From: Candidatus Bathyarchaeota archaeon
GTDB taxonomy: Archaea > Thermoproteota > Bathyarchaeia > Bathyarchaeales > Bathycorpusculaceae
NCBI GenBank assembly: GCA_963720565.1
Contig: CAVRFW010000013.1
Location: 64,001 to 128,000, forward strand
Length of the DNA: 64,000 nucleotides
Direction: 5' to 3'
Positions 1-11,126 of this stretch are shown piece by piece. How positions within the stretch are numbered: the first letter of the stretch is position 1; every line of letters starts with the position of its first letter. The notes below the pieces were generated by a model. The model was not told the DNA's origin, searched no databases, and saw only the letters and a list, made by a program, of their open reading frames with translations. Made by a program: the position numbers and the translations under genes.

Positions 1-407
1 CCATCCTGAGCTGGCGCGCTCGGCTCTCCTGTTCCCTCAACCCAATCGTGGGTGATCCTACATGCCCTTAGAGTGTCGCCTGAAGGATAGCCTGATGACC
101 ATGGAGTAGGTCCCCAGAGCTTAAGCGTGGCCGCAGTGATTTGTTCTCCGGAGAGTGTCGGAGGCAGGTCAAACTGAACCAAGACGCGATGAACGACGTT
201 GCTGCCATTGTCAAACCCAAAATCTAGACGATAATAAGCGCCATAATTCACGTCCATCGAACCACCGCTACTGATTGAAGCATCTTTTGAAGGTGTGTCA
301 AGAGTCAATTCGGAAATTGCCTGAGCACTACCAAAAGAAAACGTACTGAAAGTTAAGACTGAGACAAATAGGAGAAGAACCAGAGCCAACCGCAATATCT
401 TATTCAT
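1..407 (-). CDS. Secreted DNRLRE-domain (CBM96-like) protein, 3'-partial (runs off window)
   Basis: Own translation from ATG 407: MNKILRLALVLLLFVSVLTF (signal peptide) ... SKDASISS..DVNYG...HRVLVQFDLPPTLSGEQITAATLKLW...RACRITHDWVEGTG; frame open to the window edge. Confidence 0.7.
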   Translation of the reverse strand, partial: MNKILRLALVLLLFVSVLTFSTFSFGSAQAISELTLDTPSKDASISSGGSMDVNYGAYYRLDFGFDNGSNVVHRVLVQFDLPPTLSGEQITAATLKLWGPTPWSSGYPSGDTLRACRITHDWVEGTGEPSAPAQD

Positions 408-476
408 TATTTCACAACCACGACACAAACCAATTCTTTGCGTGACATGTTATTACAGTTGTAACGCGTGCGCACG

Positions 477-674
477 CTAAATACATTGGAGATAGGCTTC
501 TCTTTCACTAAACTTGTACCCACATTTTGTACACCTGTATTCGCCGTTATGGTAAAGAATGTATTCGGTTTCCATTGTGGACGCAAGTTCCATATGTCCG
601 AACCCGCGCACTGATTCGGGTGCAGCAATGAGTCTGGGCTTTCCAAACTTGGCGTTGCATTTAGGGCATTTCAT
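477..674 (-). CDS. Small zinc-ribbon protein (65 aa)
   Basis: MKCPKCNAKFGKP...YRCTKCGYKFSE: two CxxC pairs. Confidence 0.6.
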   Translation of the reverse strand: MKCPKCNAKFGKPRLIAAPESVRGFGHMELASTMETEYILYHNGEYRCTKCGYKFSEREAYLQCI

Positions 675-1060
675 GTTAGGTAGCGATATTGATGCATAAC
701 ATAGATATAGTTTGTTATTTTGCGTGTGTGTTCCTAAATTCACTTTAGAGTGAGTCTGATACCTCTCCATGGGATGAGCGAGCGCAGGAGAAGAACAACA
801 ACACGTGTTTTTCCGAAACACACAACCGTTTTTCTTTCACACACTTCCGAGTTATTTTCAGAACAGACATGCGCGCGATCATGAGAAAAATCAAAGACTT
901 GTTGGGTAAAGACAGAATCAAGAATGCAAACAAAGAGGCTGCAACTTGAGCCTGTAATGTTTCTATTGAAAACACGTGCCAAGTTGGATGCCGAAAGCCC
1001 AACCCAGAGTATCGACCTTATAAAGACGAAATTCGTATTCGATTTTGCGAGGAAGACATT

Positions 1061-1810
1061 TTGAATACGGCAAGGCGAAAAACTGTTTGGCTTGATGAAC
1101 TAAGTACTTGCGAAGCGAAAGCTGCCGCAGACAAGGGAACAGTGGTAATCTTTCCCGTGGGAAGCGTCGAGGAGCACGGCAGGCACCTGCCGCTCTGCAC
1201 CGACAGCCTCCAAGCCGAGTATGTAGCTGTTGAAGTAGCCAAAAAGACCGGTTGCCTCGTAGCGCCACCCTTTCGCCAGGGCATCTGCAATGCAGGCCAC
1301 AACTTTCCCGGAACCATCTCAATCGGGTTCAACACGCTTTTCGCGGTAGCTCGGGATGTGCTTTCGGAGTTGGCACGAAATGGTTTTTGCCGCGTTATCG
1401 TGCTTACTGGTCACGCGGGCTCCACCCACATTACGGCTCTCAAACTTGCAGCTCAAGAAATCGTGAAACACCAGCCGAACGCCGGCAAGAGGAAAACTCG
1501 CATCATGGTTCTCTCCGACTGTGACTTCGCCTTCGAATTGAAAGACAAGCTTGGCTTCAACAAAAACGATGGTCATGCAGGCGCCATTGAAACAAGCCGG
1601 GTAATGGCCATTAGACCCGACTTGGTAAAAGCTAAGGGTGAGGCAAGTTTTCCGAAGATGCCTAGGTTCGAGATTGTTGCTGACCCAGAAAAGTATTTTC
1701 CGAGTGGCGTGAATGGTGACCCAACCCAAGCCACCCCGAAAAAAGGACAGGAACTAAACGAGTATGTTATCGAGCAGCTCACAAAGCTGGTGGATGAACT
1801 AAAAGGTTAG
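1061..1810 (+). CDS. Creatininase/creatinine amidohydrolase family protein (ArfB/MftE-like)
   Basis: PVGSVEEHGRHLPLCTD, GHAG and DGHAGAIETS motifs. Confidence 0.9.
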   Translation: MNTARRKTVWLDELSTCEAKAAADKGTVVIFPVGSVEEHGRHLPLCTDSLQAEYVAVEVAKKTGCLVAPPFRQGICNAGHNFPGTISIGFNTLFAVARDVLSELARNGFCRVIVLTGHAGSTHITALKLAAQEIVKHQPNAGKRKTRIMVLSDCDFAFELKDKLGFNKNDGHAGAIETSRVMAIRPDLVKAKGEASFPKMPRFEIVADPEKYFPSGVNGDPTQATPKKGQELNEYVIEQLTKLVDELKG

Positions 1811-2010
1811 CTAATTCCAAGTTTGATTTTGCTGGCAAATTGGAGTCATAATCCCATTAGGATTCGAATTGCGCGCGTCGGTTTTTTTTGTGTATGCTTG
1901 TTCTCCAGGTGTGCGGTATAGTGTATTGAATCGTAAGATTTAAATCAGTATCTCTCTTAACTGTTAACATCACAGGCCCTTAACAAATTTATAGCAGGAG
2001 AAAAAATTTC

Positions 2011-3747
2011 ATGCCTGTTCACGCAAGAAAAGAACCCAAAAAAAGGTTTATGCTGCCCTTCGCCACTCCAGGCACGAGTAGATTCAAAGATTTCACAAAA
2101 AACATGGAAAGGGCCGCAGTCTTGTACCTGGCGGAATCCAACAGGAAAAAAGGCGAAAGCAGCCTCCTAAGGAAAACGGATGAAAAACTTGTTTTCATAA
2201 CCGAAGCCTGCTATCCCGTTTGGCTAGCTCCTTGCAACACGGCAACCTTGATGTTCGACGGGCTAGGCATATCTTCGCACACGTTCTCCATTGATGATAC
2301 ACCGGACGTTGAAGTCTTTAGCAAGGACATACGAAGAAACCAGAAGACAACCGAAGCCTACACTGCTGCCCTCACCAGAAACATAGATTACTTCAAAAAC
2401 GCGCAAGGCACACAAGAAACAAAGATCGAAGGCTTAATCACAGATCCCGACCTAAAAGAAGCCTTCAAAAACTACCTTCCACACATGAAGGAAATCAAAA
2501 AGCCACCCACAGCCAAGGTATTCTTAAAACCTGCAATTAAGGCCTGTGAAATCCAAGCCGGCATCACGCAGCTCTCAAATCTGAGAAAGAAAATTGACAG
2601 AGAAATCGAAAGCATTGACGCAAGCATGAAACTTCTCAACACTACTACCACGCGAAGGGTCAAAGCAATCAAGAATGAAATCAAAAAATCCCGGCAAAAA
2701 CATCATAGAAAAACCAAGGAAACCATGCTCAAGTCAACCCGAAAGCTGCTGCAGATCCAGAGCCAGTATAACCAGAAAATCACGAGAGCCTCCAGAAAAT
2801 TCAAGAAAAGACTTTTGCAGCTCAACAAAAATCAGATCAAACTCAAGAAAGCCCAAAGAAACCTGAGAAAGGAAGCCAAACGATGCGAAACAAAACTTCA
2901 GTCATGCAGACGCCACAGCAGGAAACGAAGCGAGCGCCACTGGTTCCTCAAGCTCGAAAGAACCAAAAAGAAGCTCTCAGCATTGCACAAAAGAATCGAA
3001 GAGAACGCCAAACAAATACGCCATGTTGAAAAAGCTCAGAAACTTGAATTAGCCAAGCAAAGAATCGAATGTTGCAAACGCATAGAGGCAGCCAACAAGA
3101 AATTCCTAGATCTTCAAGGCTCCAGAGAAGCCGAAACAATCATGAAACGCCAAGAAATAGCGACCCTCGAAGACATTACCCGCTACATCACCAAGTCAAT
3201 GCAGGAAATAACCCAGAACAAGAGACTCTTCAACGCAGAACTCGACACAATAGCCATGCCCGGAGGAAAAAGCTCTCTCAGATTGGTGTACATGCCCTTT
3301 TACCTTGTCCGCCTTGAGAAAGAAGACAAGAAAAGATACGCCCTATATCCACCCTCAGTAGTGGGAGACATGGGAGTCCTCATAAAGATGAAGGGAGCCC
3401 TCGGCGCCGCAAAAGTAAAAGCCCTACTTCAACCCAGATCAGAAGCCATGGCCACATTCCTGAATAGACTGCCAACGCTTTTCGAAAAGAAGCCCATGCT
3501 TGAAAAATACGTAACCGAAGCAGGCATACGAAGAAGCATCCTTTTAAGAAAACAGCTGCGAGCAAGCGTCACAAAAGGCCTTCGAGAACTAGAAAACGAA
3601 AACTGGATTTCAAAAAGTGAACATCAGACTTTCAGCAAAATCCTATACATATATGCCTCGGCAATAAAACGGCGGACAAATGTCAAGCTGATTCGAGAGA
3701 ACAACCATCTAAAGTTTTTACCCGCTCAAATAGCTCACGCTAACTAA
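2011..3747 (+). CDS. Hypothetical protein with long, very basic central coiled coil
   Basis: 578-aa ORF; Lys/Arg-rich heptad region flanked by YPVW and YMPFYL globular segments. Confidence 0.75.
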   Translation: MPVHARKEPKKRFMLPFATPGTSRFKDFTKNMERAAVLYLAESNRKKGESSLLRKTDEKLVFITEACYPVWLAPCNTATLMFDGLGISSHTFSIDDTPDVEVFSKDIRRNQKTTEAYTAALTRNIDYFKNAQGTQETKIEGLITDPDLKEAFKNYLPHMKEIKKPPTAKVFLKPAIKACEIQAGITQLSNLRKKIDREIESIDASMKLLNTTTTRRVKAIKNEIKKSRQKHHRKTKETMLKSTRKLLQIQSQYNQKITRASRKFKKRLLQLNKNQIKLKKAQRNLRKEAKRCETKLQSCRRHSRKRSERHWFLKLERTKKKLSALHKRIEENAKQIRHVEKAQKLELAKQRIECCKRIEAANKKFLDLQGSREAETIMKRQEIATLEDITRYITKSMQEITQNKRLFNAELDTIAMPGGKSSLRLVYMPFYLVRLEKEDKKRYALYPPSVVGDMGVLIKMKGALGAAKVKALLQPRSEAMATFLNRLPTLFEKKPMLEKYVTEAGIRRSILLRKQLRASVTKGLRELENENWISKSEHQTFSKILYIYASAIKRRTNVKLIRENNHLKFLPAQIAHAN

Positions 3748-3842
3748 TTTGCCAGTGCGCGCTCCCCAAAAAAAGGGGACGGTAAAGTACGTGTTCGCGA
3801 ACAAAGTACTGTTAATAAATACGATTCTTGTACTCTGTCTCT

Positions 3843-4961
3843 ATGCGCATTTCCCCTTTCAAACTGGAAAGATACCTGGAACTGTACGAGTTCACAGCCA
3901 AGTACATGCTTGGCGCTTCCGACTGCGAAAGCTTCGAAATAAAAGAAATCCTCTCCGAACAGGAACTCTCCGAAATGGCTTCTCTGAGGCTTGGCTATTC
4001 TATGGCTCAGGGAAATCTTCCTCTAAGACAAGAAATCTCCAACCTTTTCTGCGCTACAGGTCCCGAAGACATACTGATTTGCGTTCCCCAAGAAGGAATC
4101 TTCATCACCATGAACGCGTTGCTAGAACCGGGAGACAAGGTAATCGTTCAGGTTCCATGCTACCAATCACTGTGTGAACTGCCCAAAGCTTTGGGCTGCA
4201 AGGTTCTCCCCTGGGAGCCAGACGCCGAGAACAAACGTTGGGAATGGAACCTCGATTTCCTAAGAGAGAACGTTGACAACAAAACCAAGTTGGTAGTAAT
4301 CAATTCTCCACAGAACCCAACCGGGCAAACCTTCAGCAAACAAGAGTACCTCGAAATCCTCGACATAGCAAGAAGAAATCGGTGCTACGTGTTTTCAGAC
4401 GAAATGTACAGGCTGCTTGAACACGACTCCCAAGACAGGCTGGCGTCTGGTTCAGACACATACGAAAAATGCATCTCGCTATCCGGGATGTCAAAAACCT
4501 TCGGTCTAGGCGGCCTACGAGTAGGCTGGATAAGCACCAGAGATAAACACGCCCTCAAAAGAATAATCGAATTCAAAGACTATACAACCATATCCAACAA
4601 CGCGATAGGAGAATATGTTGCGATGGTTGCCCTCAAGAAGAAAGAAATCCTCCTAGCCAGAAACCGCAGCATAATCATGAACAATCTTGGACTTCTCGAT
4701 TCCTTCTTTGCCAGACACGAAAACCTCTTCGGCTGGTTGAAGCCGAAAGCAGCCTCAATAGCCTTCGTCCAGACCAAATTCAACATGAAAGCCGAGGCTT
4801 TCTGCGAAGATCTAGTCAAGAAAAAAGATGTCTTGCTAGTTCCCAGCACCAAGTTCGGCTACGGAAACCACCATTTCAGACTGGGATTCGGCAGAACAAA
4901 CATGCAAGACGGACTAAAACTCCTAGAACAATACGTTCAAGAGGAAATTCAGAAGTTCTAG
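3843..4961 (+). CDS. PLP-dependent aminotransferase class I/II
   Basis: NSPQNPTG, FSDEMY, SGMSKTFGLGGLRVGW (PLP lysine); start placed at MRISPF. Confidence 0.9.
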   Translation: MRISPFKLERYLELYEFTAKYMLGASDCESFEIKEILSEQELSEMASLRLGYSMAQGNLPLRQEISNLFCATGPEDILICVPQEGIFITMNALLEPGDKVIVQVPCYQSLCELPKALGCKVLPWEPDAENKRWEWNLDFLRENVDNKTKLVVINSPQNPTGQTFSKQEYLEILDIARRNRCYVFSDEMYRLLEHDSQDRLASGSDTYEKCISLSGMSKTFGLGGLRVGWISTRDKHALKRIIEFKDYTTISNNAIGEYVAMVALKKKEILLARNRSIIMNNLGLLDSFFARHENLFGWLKPKAASIAFVQTKFNMKAEAFCEDLVKKKDVLLVPSTKFGYGNHHFRLGFGRTNMQDGLKLLEQYVQEEIQKF

Positions 4962-5180
4962 TTGCCAAACAGTTCTCGCGCGCACACTAACTCTCTGAAT
5001 CCGCCAAGTCGAAAACCGCTGCGTGAGCCAAGCTTTCTCTTCTTTTTTTTCGGCGCGAGCTTTGACAGAACACCTCATCTTGAAATCGCCACAAACACCA
5101 GCTTCGCGCGCGTACACGAAAATCTTATCTCCTATCCAAGCCATAATTGGGTATTAGGCAAAGGAAAGGGAGATGCGAAA

Positions 5181-5885
5181 TTGAAAAAACAGAAGTTAGT
5201 GATGATGTTTCTCTTAGCAGGATTAATCCTGTCTTCGATGCCTTTAGCTATGGCTGCAGCAACGCTTGCTCCTCCAACTGTTAGCATGCCCAACAGCAAC
5301 TGGGAAGAGACTGACTCCACCTCGTACCCTAATACTGTGGCAGAACATGATCCAGATGGAGCGGGCATGCTAGAATATACTGACAACACCAACCACGACA
5401 TGATCACCATCTACTACGAAAAAGCTCAAGTATCCGGTTACTCCTCGCCACAACTGAAAACCGAAGCTGAAAACATTTTCGAGGAATATGACAGCAGTGA
5501 CACGCGCTCGCTAGATGCCAGTGGAACAGCAACTTTTGCCGGAGTAGAAGCGGGCTATGCAGAAGGATACGATGATACCGAAGAAACCTACATAACCGAG
5601 CTGGTGTTCATAAAAGGCGGCTACTACTTCAACGTCCAAGCATACTATGACGCCACCACGCAGAGCGAAGAAGACGTAGATGCCCTAATAAACAGCATAA
5701 GCGTCAGCGGACTACCCGGAGATTCAACTTCATCCTTTACGTGGCTCTACGCCATCATCGGAGTCGTTGCAGTCATCGCCGTCATCGTCATTGTCATCAT
5801 GTTTGCCAGAAAGAAGAAATCTGCTCAGCCTCAGCAGCAACCGCCATACGATTTTCCGCCTCCTCCGCCACCGCCAGGACAGTAG
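5181..5885 (+). CDS. Secreted protein with C-terminal membrane anchor and Pro-rich tail
   Basis: TTG start after GGGAG; signal peptide, acidic domain, TM helix, RKKK, PPPPPPPG. Confidence 0.7.
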   Translation: MKKQKLVMMFLLAGLILSSMPLAMAAATLAPPTVSMPNSNWEETDSTSYPNTVAEHDPDGAGMLEYTDNTNHDMITIYYEKAQVSGYSSPQLKTEAENIFEEYDSSDTRSLDASGTATFAGVEAGYAEGYDDTEETYITELVFIKGGYYFNVQAYYDATTQSEEDVDALINSISVSGLPGDSTSSFTWLYAIIGVVAVIAVIVIVIMFARKKKSAQPQQQPPYDFPPPPPPPGQ

Positions 5886-6044
5886 CCCACGAGCACACTA
5901 TAGGCAATCGAGTTTCCCTTTTTTCCTTTCAGCGCTCGACTCCTATCTTCAATCGAGCAAGGGGAAGTGAAGCGTGCGCTTCATGCACGCATAAGCCAAA
6001 CTAACTAGCAACAAATCATCTAAGAGAGATTAGTAGGAATATGC

Positions 6045-6377
6045 TTGAGGAGACTATACTGGGTTCTCTTTATTCTTCTTCTGCTTGCACCTTTAGTAGT
6101 TAATCTTGTTTTCATGTCAAGCATTCACAGCTTGGCCCAAAGATTCTTTATACGTTACAGGTTTACTCCATCGAACATTCTCTTGAAAGACATTCTATTC
6201 ATAGAGGGACTTTTTCTAATCATTTTTGGATGGCTATCCGGAGAGCACATTTGGAATTATTTTCGGAATAGGAAGAAAAACGGAAGATTAAGCGATCAGC
6301 CAACAGAATTTGGAGTTGGAATAGCATTTTTGGTTTTTGGAATCACCTATGTTTTAGCAGGATTATTGCTCCCTTAG
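6045..6377 (+). CDS. Small membrane protein (3 TM)
   Basis: Three hydrophobic segments in a 110-aa ORF. Confidence 0.6.
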   Translation: MRRLYWVLFILLLLAPLVVNLVFMSSIHSLAQRFFIRYRFTPSNILLKDILFIEGLFLIIFGWLSGEHIWNYFRNRKKNGRLSDQPTEFGVGIAFLVFGITYVLAGLLLP

Positions 6378-6549
6378 AAAAAACGAACCGCCGCATAAAA
6401 TGAAGCCAGTGCGAGAGGTTGAGACAGTCATCGCAGTTATCCTTGCACTTTTTACCCCGCGAGACAAGCAAAGGCAGCACGCCAATTCTGACATAACGCT
6501 TATGAGTCTGGAAGAATCATTTTCTCATTGACAGTTCTGGGTTTTAGAA

Positions 6550-7437
6550 ATGATGCTAAAAATAGTAGTGGCGTTATTGGGACTGAATCTGGCGTTTGCG
6601 ACTTGTGTCATCGGAGAAGTAAAAACTCAGACTGATTACTCTATCGATATTGCAGGGGCTACATGGGATCATTCAACCATCAGAATCCTGCTAATTCCCA
6701 GACATAACGAATCCTGGTGGGACCCTGCGTTCATTAACTTGACACTCCAGGCCGTTGACATGTGGAACAAGGCACTTGCGGCTTTCGCGTCCACACGCGA
6801 AGATTTCGCATATGTCTCGAATATCAGTCTGGACCCAACAGAATCCGCAGGAACGATCCAAGACTTTGATGTCAACATCTCATGGACAGAGAATCCAATC
6901 GGCAACAGTCTTGACAACGTGGGACTCACCGAGCTATACTCGCTTTCCGGAGTCATAGACAACTGCATTATTACTCTGGCGGCAAAGGACGGATTCGGCA
7001 TTCCACTAACCAACGTTGTTAGGCAAGGCGTCGCCGCCCACGAGATCGGTCATGCCCTAGGGCTGCTCCACACAAACTCCTCAGACGATATTATGTTCAA
7101 GCAAATTAGTCTTGACATAACAGTTCGCCCGCTCTCCACCCTCGACGCCTACGGCGTTGCCCAGGTCTTTCGATGGAGATCAGTTTCTTCGCAATACAAA
7201 CCTTCTAATCAAGAATTAAGACCTAACTCTGTGAGCCTCCCTTCAGGAATCGAATATGAATACTTGAATGCACCCCCACAAGATCCCTTGAGCAGAATCA
7301 TATCGTCCTTTCTGCAATACATTCAGACCCCACAAGGCCTAAAGGACCTAACCGTCATCTCAATCGTTATGATTGGGCTCATAACTATTTTCTCAGCGAT
7401 TTACAGATACATCAGACTCCGAAAAGAAGGCGGCTGA
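6550..7437 (+). CDS. Matrixin (M10-like) zinc metalloprotease, membrane anchored
   Basis: HEIGHALGLLH zinc motif, DDIM Met-turn, signal peptide, C-terminal TM. Confidence 0.85.
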   Translation: MMLKIVVALLGLNLAFATCVIGEVKTQTDYSIDIAGATWDHSTIRILLIPRHNESWWDPAFINLTLQAVDMWNKALAAFASTREDFAYVSNISLDPTESAGTIQDFDVNISWTENPIGNSLDNVGLTELYSLSGVIDNCIITLAAKDGFGIPLTNVVRQGVAAHEIGHALGLLHTNSSDDIMFKQISLDITVRPLSTLDAYGVAQVFRWRSVSSQYKPSNQELRPNSVSLPSGIEYEYLNAPPQDPLSRIISSFLQYIQTPQGLKDLTVISIVMIGLITIFSAIYRYIRLRKEGG

Positions 7438-7577
7438 AGCAAACATCGATTATGGGATGGATGGTCAGCAGGTGGAATAGCCAAGAAGGTAATTGTGTAC
7501 TATACTATTGAGAACCACTTCGCTTTTTGTGTGGAGCAGCTTTTTGATGCTTTGTTTGGTTTTGACCTAAACCTGAT

Positions 7578-9108
7578 TCAGCGTACGCTTAGGTCCTCTT
7601 CTTTGCCTCTTATTATCTTCTTGAATACTTCGGCGCTCTTCCTGCTTGTCCGCAGCTTCGTTTCCAGATCAACCGAACACAACCCAAACTTCAAACCGAA
7701 ACCCTTAGCCCACTCGTAGTTGTCTGTCAAGGCCCAATGGAAGTATCCGCGAACGTCAATTTTCTCTTCACCCACAGCCTTCTCCAAAACCTTCAGGTGC
7801 TCGACCAAATAGCTTGGTCTAAGCGCGTCTTTTGCATCTGCGACACCGTTTTCCATTACGTACAGTGGCTTCCCATATGTTTTCATCGATTTCAAGGCAT
7901 CAAGTAATCCTTGTGGATATATTTCCCATCCTGAATCCGAAGTCTGCTAACCCATCGGCGGATTTCGAATTAGGCTGGCAGCCGAAACCATAGCCGGGAA
8001 CTATCTCTGGAACTGCAGAGACTCCCATAAACAACTTGGCCAAGATAGAGGTTTTTCCTTTCACCACAAACCTTGTATAATAGTTCACGCCCAGCCAGTC
8101 GAGGCGCTGCCCAAGATAATTCTTCGTTTCTCCTTTCTCTCTTGCTCCATTGAGGTTTTCATCCAACCAGCCACTGCAAACAGAATTTATGAAGAAATGA
8201 TTATGCATGTTATCCATGAACTCCGCGGCTTTAACATCTAACCTGTTATCTGCAGAAAGAGGGACGGTCGGGATCACGTTATGTATCAATCCAACGTTGG
8301 CAGCGCTGCCGCTTCCCCTGTCGGCTTTGATAGTATCCATCTTCTTTATAACGTCAAAGGCGCGTGCATGAGCGACAACCAGGTGCCGAGCCACTTTTCT
8401 TGAAGCCCTAAAATTGTTGAGCCCCGGAGGAAAACCAGACTCTGCTATAACGTAACCCGTCTCAGGCAACACCGCAGGCTCATTGAAAGTCGCCCAATTA
8501 TCTACCACATCCCCAAACTTCCAAGAAATGTAAGCCGCATACTTTGTGAACTCAACAACGGTGTTTTCGTCAACCCACCCTTTCAAACCCCTACGCAATC
8601 GCGTATCACGAACGGTTATCGGATCATGAATCCATAAAGGCAAAGTGAAATGATTCAAACACACAAACACTTCAAGGCCGTTAGCCCGTAAATCTTCTAT
8701 CACACGTCGATAGTGGCTTACCGCGTCTTTGTGTGCGATTTTCTCCAGATCTTCGAGAGCAGACTCGTCAACGTCTATCTTAGCTATGTTTCCATCGGAT
8801 GCTCTTTCCACTCCGACTTCAACGGCGGATGTGCTCTTGGGAAAAATTCTGCTCCATTCAATCCCAGTCCTGTAAGCGTTTAAACCAAGCTTCTTGGCAA
8901 GGGCGTGGTCTTGCTTGTAGAGACTCCAGTAGTCTATACCCTTTTCAGGCAGATCACCGCTAACGATGCCCTTCTGCACGTTCAATGGGTCCAGAACCCA
9001 GACGTACCAATCCGAGTTACGATCAATATTCTCTGAAGCCAAATCCCCCATCTCAAACTGAAATCCGCTATTCGAAACCCCCCACAGAAAACTCCTTGGA
9101 AAGACCAT
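7578..9108 (-). CDS. Glycoside hydrolase family 1 beta-glycosidase (LacS/BgaS-like), one frameshift near 7900-7950
   Basis: FLWGVSNSGFQFEMG, TFNEP acid/base, LGVNYYTR in ORF 7900-9141; VMENG nucleophile and DNYEWAKGF in ORF 7578-7895. Confidence 0.9.
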
Positions 9109-9258
9109 AATCTTACCTATTCGATACCCACCGGACGCCATTATTAAATTTAGCTTCTTGAAAATAGCAGTTGCGCCCGCTTTTCTTCTAACATGCCATT
9201 ATACCCAAATACAGTCTTTCCGTGTACTAACGAGCTAAACCTTTCGCGATGTCATATA

Positions 9259-10887
9259 TCACTTCTTTCTGGAAAAGATATGAGGCAAAGAGGATAGTTC
9301 TCCCACATAGAAGCCTAATCGGGGCACAAACTGTTCTCCAATAACTATTGCTTTCTGAATCGGGGCGTCAACATAGAATCTCATGAAGCAATTTCTGCAA
9401 ATTACCTCAAAAACAAACAGGAGTTTGCTTCCGTCAGAATGCAAATTTTTGTATTCGATGAATTCATGGCAGAACGGGCATTTTACCCTTAAATCATAAT
9501 TATGAGGAGAGTTCATCTCATATTCAGAAGGCATGGTATGCCTACAATGTTTGATATTTAATCTCAGGATCCTTCTTTCTAATTTCTTTATGTCGTTGTC
9601 GCTCATCTTGTCTGTTATATTCAAGTATTCGTAGCTCTGGGCTCCTTCTTGTAATCGTTCTTTAACAAAAAGCACTTCATTCTTGATTAGGCCTTTTTGT
9701 AGGCAATGTTCGTATATTTTGCTACCAGGGTACGGCATCACAAAGGCCAAACGAACTTGACCTTCAGCATTTCCTATCCACCAATCTAATGTTTGCTTCG
9801 CGGTCTCATTGGTTTCTGCAACATCTCCAAAAATGAAAGTAGCGGCAACATTCATTTTTTGTCTGATTGTCTCATGAAAAGCAAAATCAATCTGTTCGGG
9901 TTTAATCGCCTTTCTCATGCTTCTGAGAACAACAGGACTAAAACTCTCAAACCCATAAGATACCGTTGTGCAACCCGCGTCTTTTAGCAGATGAAGTAGG
10001 TCCCGATCAACATGGCAAACCATCACTTGACAAAACCATTTTATGTCCTTCTCTTTCATTTTCATTAGGTTTTTAATTTCCGAGCAGAATTCTTTTGTTC
10101 TTTCCTTGTCAAGAGAGAAGCAGTCATCATATATTTGTAGGAAATTTACGTTATATTTGTCAACAGCCATTTCAATTTCAGACATTATGTTCTTTATGCT
10201 TCGTTTTCGGTAATGCCCGTAGTGGTAACAGAAAGTGCATTGAAAAGGACAGGATCTGCTTCCAAGCAGCGGGTATACTCTGGGGCTATCGAGAATAGTT
10301 GTCCATATCAGAAAGTTGCTGTGCGAGTTGTCTAGCTGTTTTTCGAATTCTAAGCCCTCATAGTCAGGGAATGGTATTGCATCTAAATTCTCTATCGGGT
10401 TCCGTTTTTCAGTTATTACAACCTGGTTTCCGTCCCTGAATACTATGCCTCTTACACTCTGTAGGTTTCTATTATTAGCAATAGAGTCAATCAATTCCAC
10501 AACAGTTTCTTCGCCATCACCTATTACGCCAAAATCAATCCCGAATTCCGCGAATACTAATTTAGGCATTGTTGTAAGTATCGGTCCTCCCAAGATTATC
10601 TTGGGTTTTGTGGTATGATTTTTTGCGGTATCGATAATCTTTTCTATCACAGAATAAGCAAGTGCATTGCCACCTGTGCACACAAAATCATATTTTTTCC
10701 GGTTTAGCTTGCTGTTCAAAATATCCTTAATATTTCCAGGGTAATGGTTTAGGTTCAGAGCATCAACATTATGGTTCGCTTTTTTTAGGACAACAGATAT
10801 GTAACTTAAACCTATGGGGAATAAGTAGTCAAAATTTTCCGTCAATTTGTCAGAGTATCTGGGTACTACTAGCAGTATTTCCATCAA
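9259..10887 (-). CDS. B12-binding domain radical SAM protein
   Basis: PIGLSYI and ILGGP B12-binding region, SRSCPFQCTFC, YGFES; C-terminal CxxC..CxxC. Confidence 0.9.
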   Translation of the reverse strand: MMEILLVVPRYSDKLTENFDYLFPIGLSYISVVLKKANHNVDALNLNHYPGNIKDILNSKLNRKKYDFVCTGGNALAYSVIEKIIDTAKNHTTKPKIILGGPILTTMPKLVFAEFGIDFGVIGDGEETVVELIDSIANNRNLQSVRGIVFRDGNQVVITEKRNPIENLDAIPFPDYEGLEFEKQLDNSHSNFLIWTTILDSPRVYPLLGSRSCPFQCTFCYHYGHYRKRSIKNIMSEIEMAVDKYNVNFLQIYDDCFSLDKERTKEFCSEIKNLMKMKEKDIKWFCQVMVCHVDRDLLHLLKDAGCTTVSYGFESFSPVVLRSMRKAIKPEQIDFAFHETIRQKMNVAATFIFGDVAETNETAKQTLDWWIGNAEGQVRLAFVMPYPGSKIYEHCLQKGLIKNEVLFVKERLQEGAQSYEYLNITDKMSDNDIKKLERRILRLNIKHCRHTMPSEYEMNSPHNYDLRVKCPFCHEFIEYKNLHSDGSKLLFVFEVICRNCFMRFYVDAPIQKAIVIGEQFVPRLGFYVGELSSLPHIFSRKK

Positions 10888-11126
10888 TCTTTACTCCAAC
10901 CCGCAAAACGGGAGATGTTAGATAGGTCAACAACGACATTCTTCGAAGCATTGAGTGATGCTTTAGGCATAAGAATTTTGAGAATCTTGAGTAAAGTTTA
11001 TCACTCTTCATTTTCAATTGGCTCTCTCCCGAATGTTAGGTAGTTGCGCGTGCTTATGACTGAGAACCCAAATCCGACTACCCTATGAACAGTATAAGTT
11101 TTTCGAAAGCGCACTTGACTACGTGT

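Noticed and set aside
740..1335. Overlapping minus-strand ORFs here, and the many antisense or alternate-frame ORFs elsewhere in the track
   Set aside because: They are shadows of real genes or intergenic DNA, with no motifs or ribosome-binding sites.
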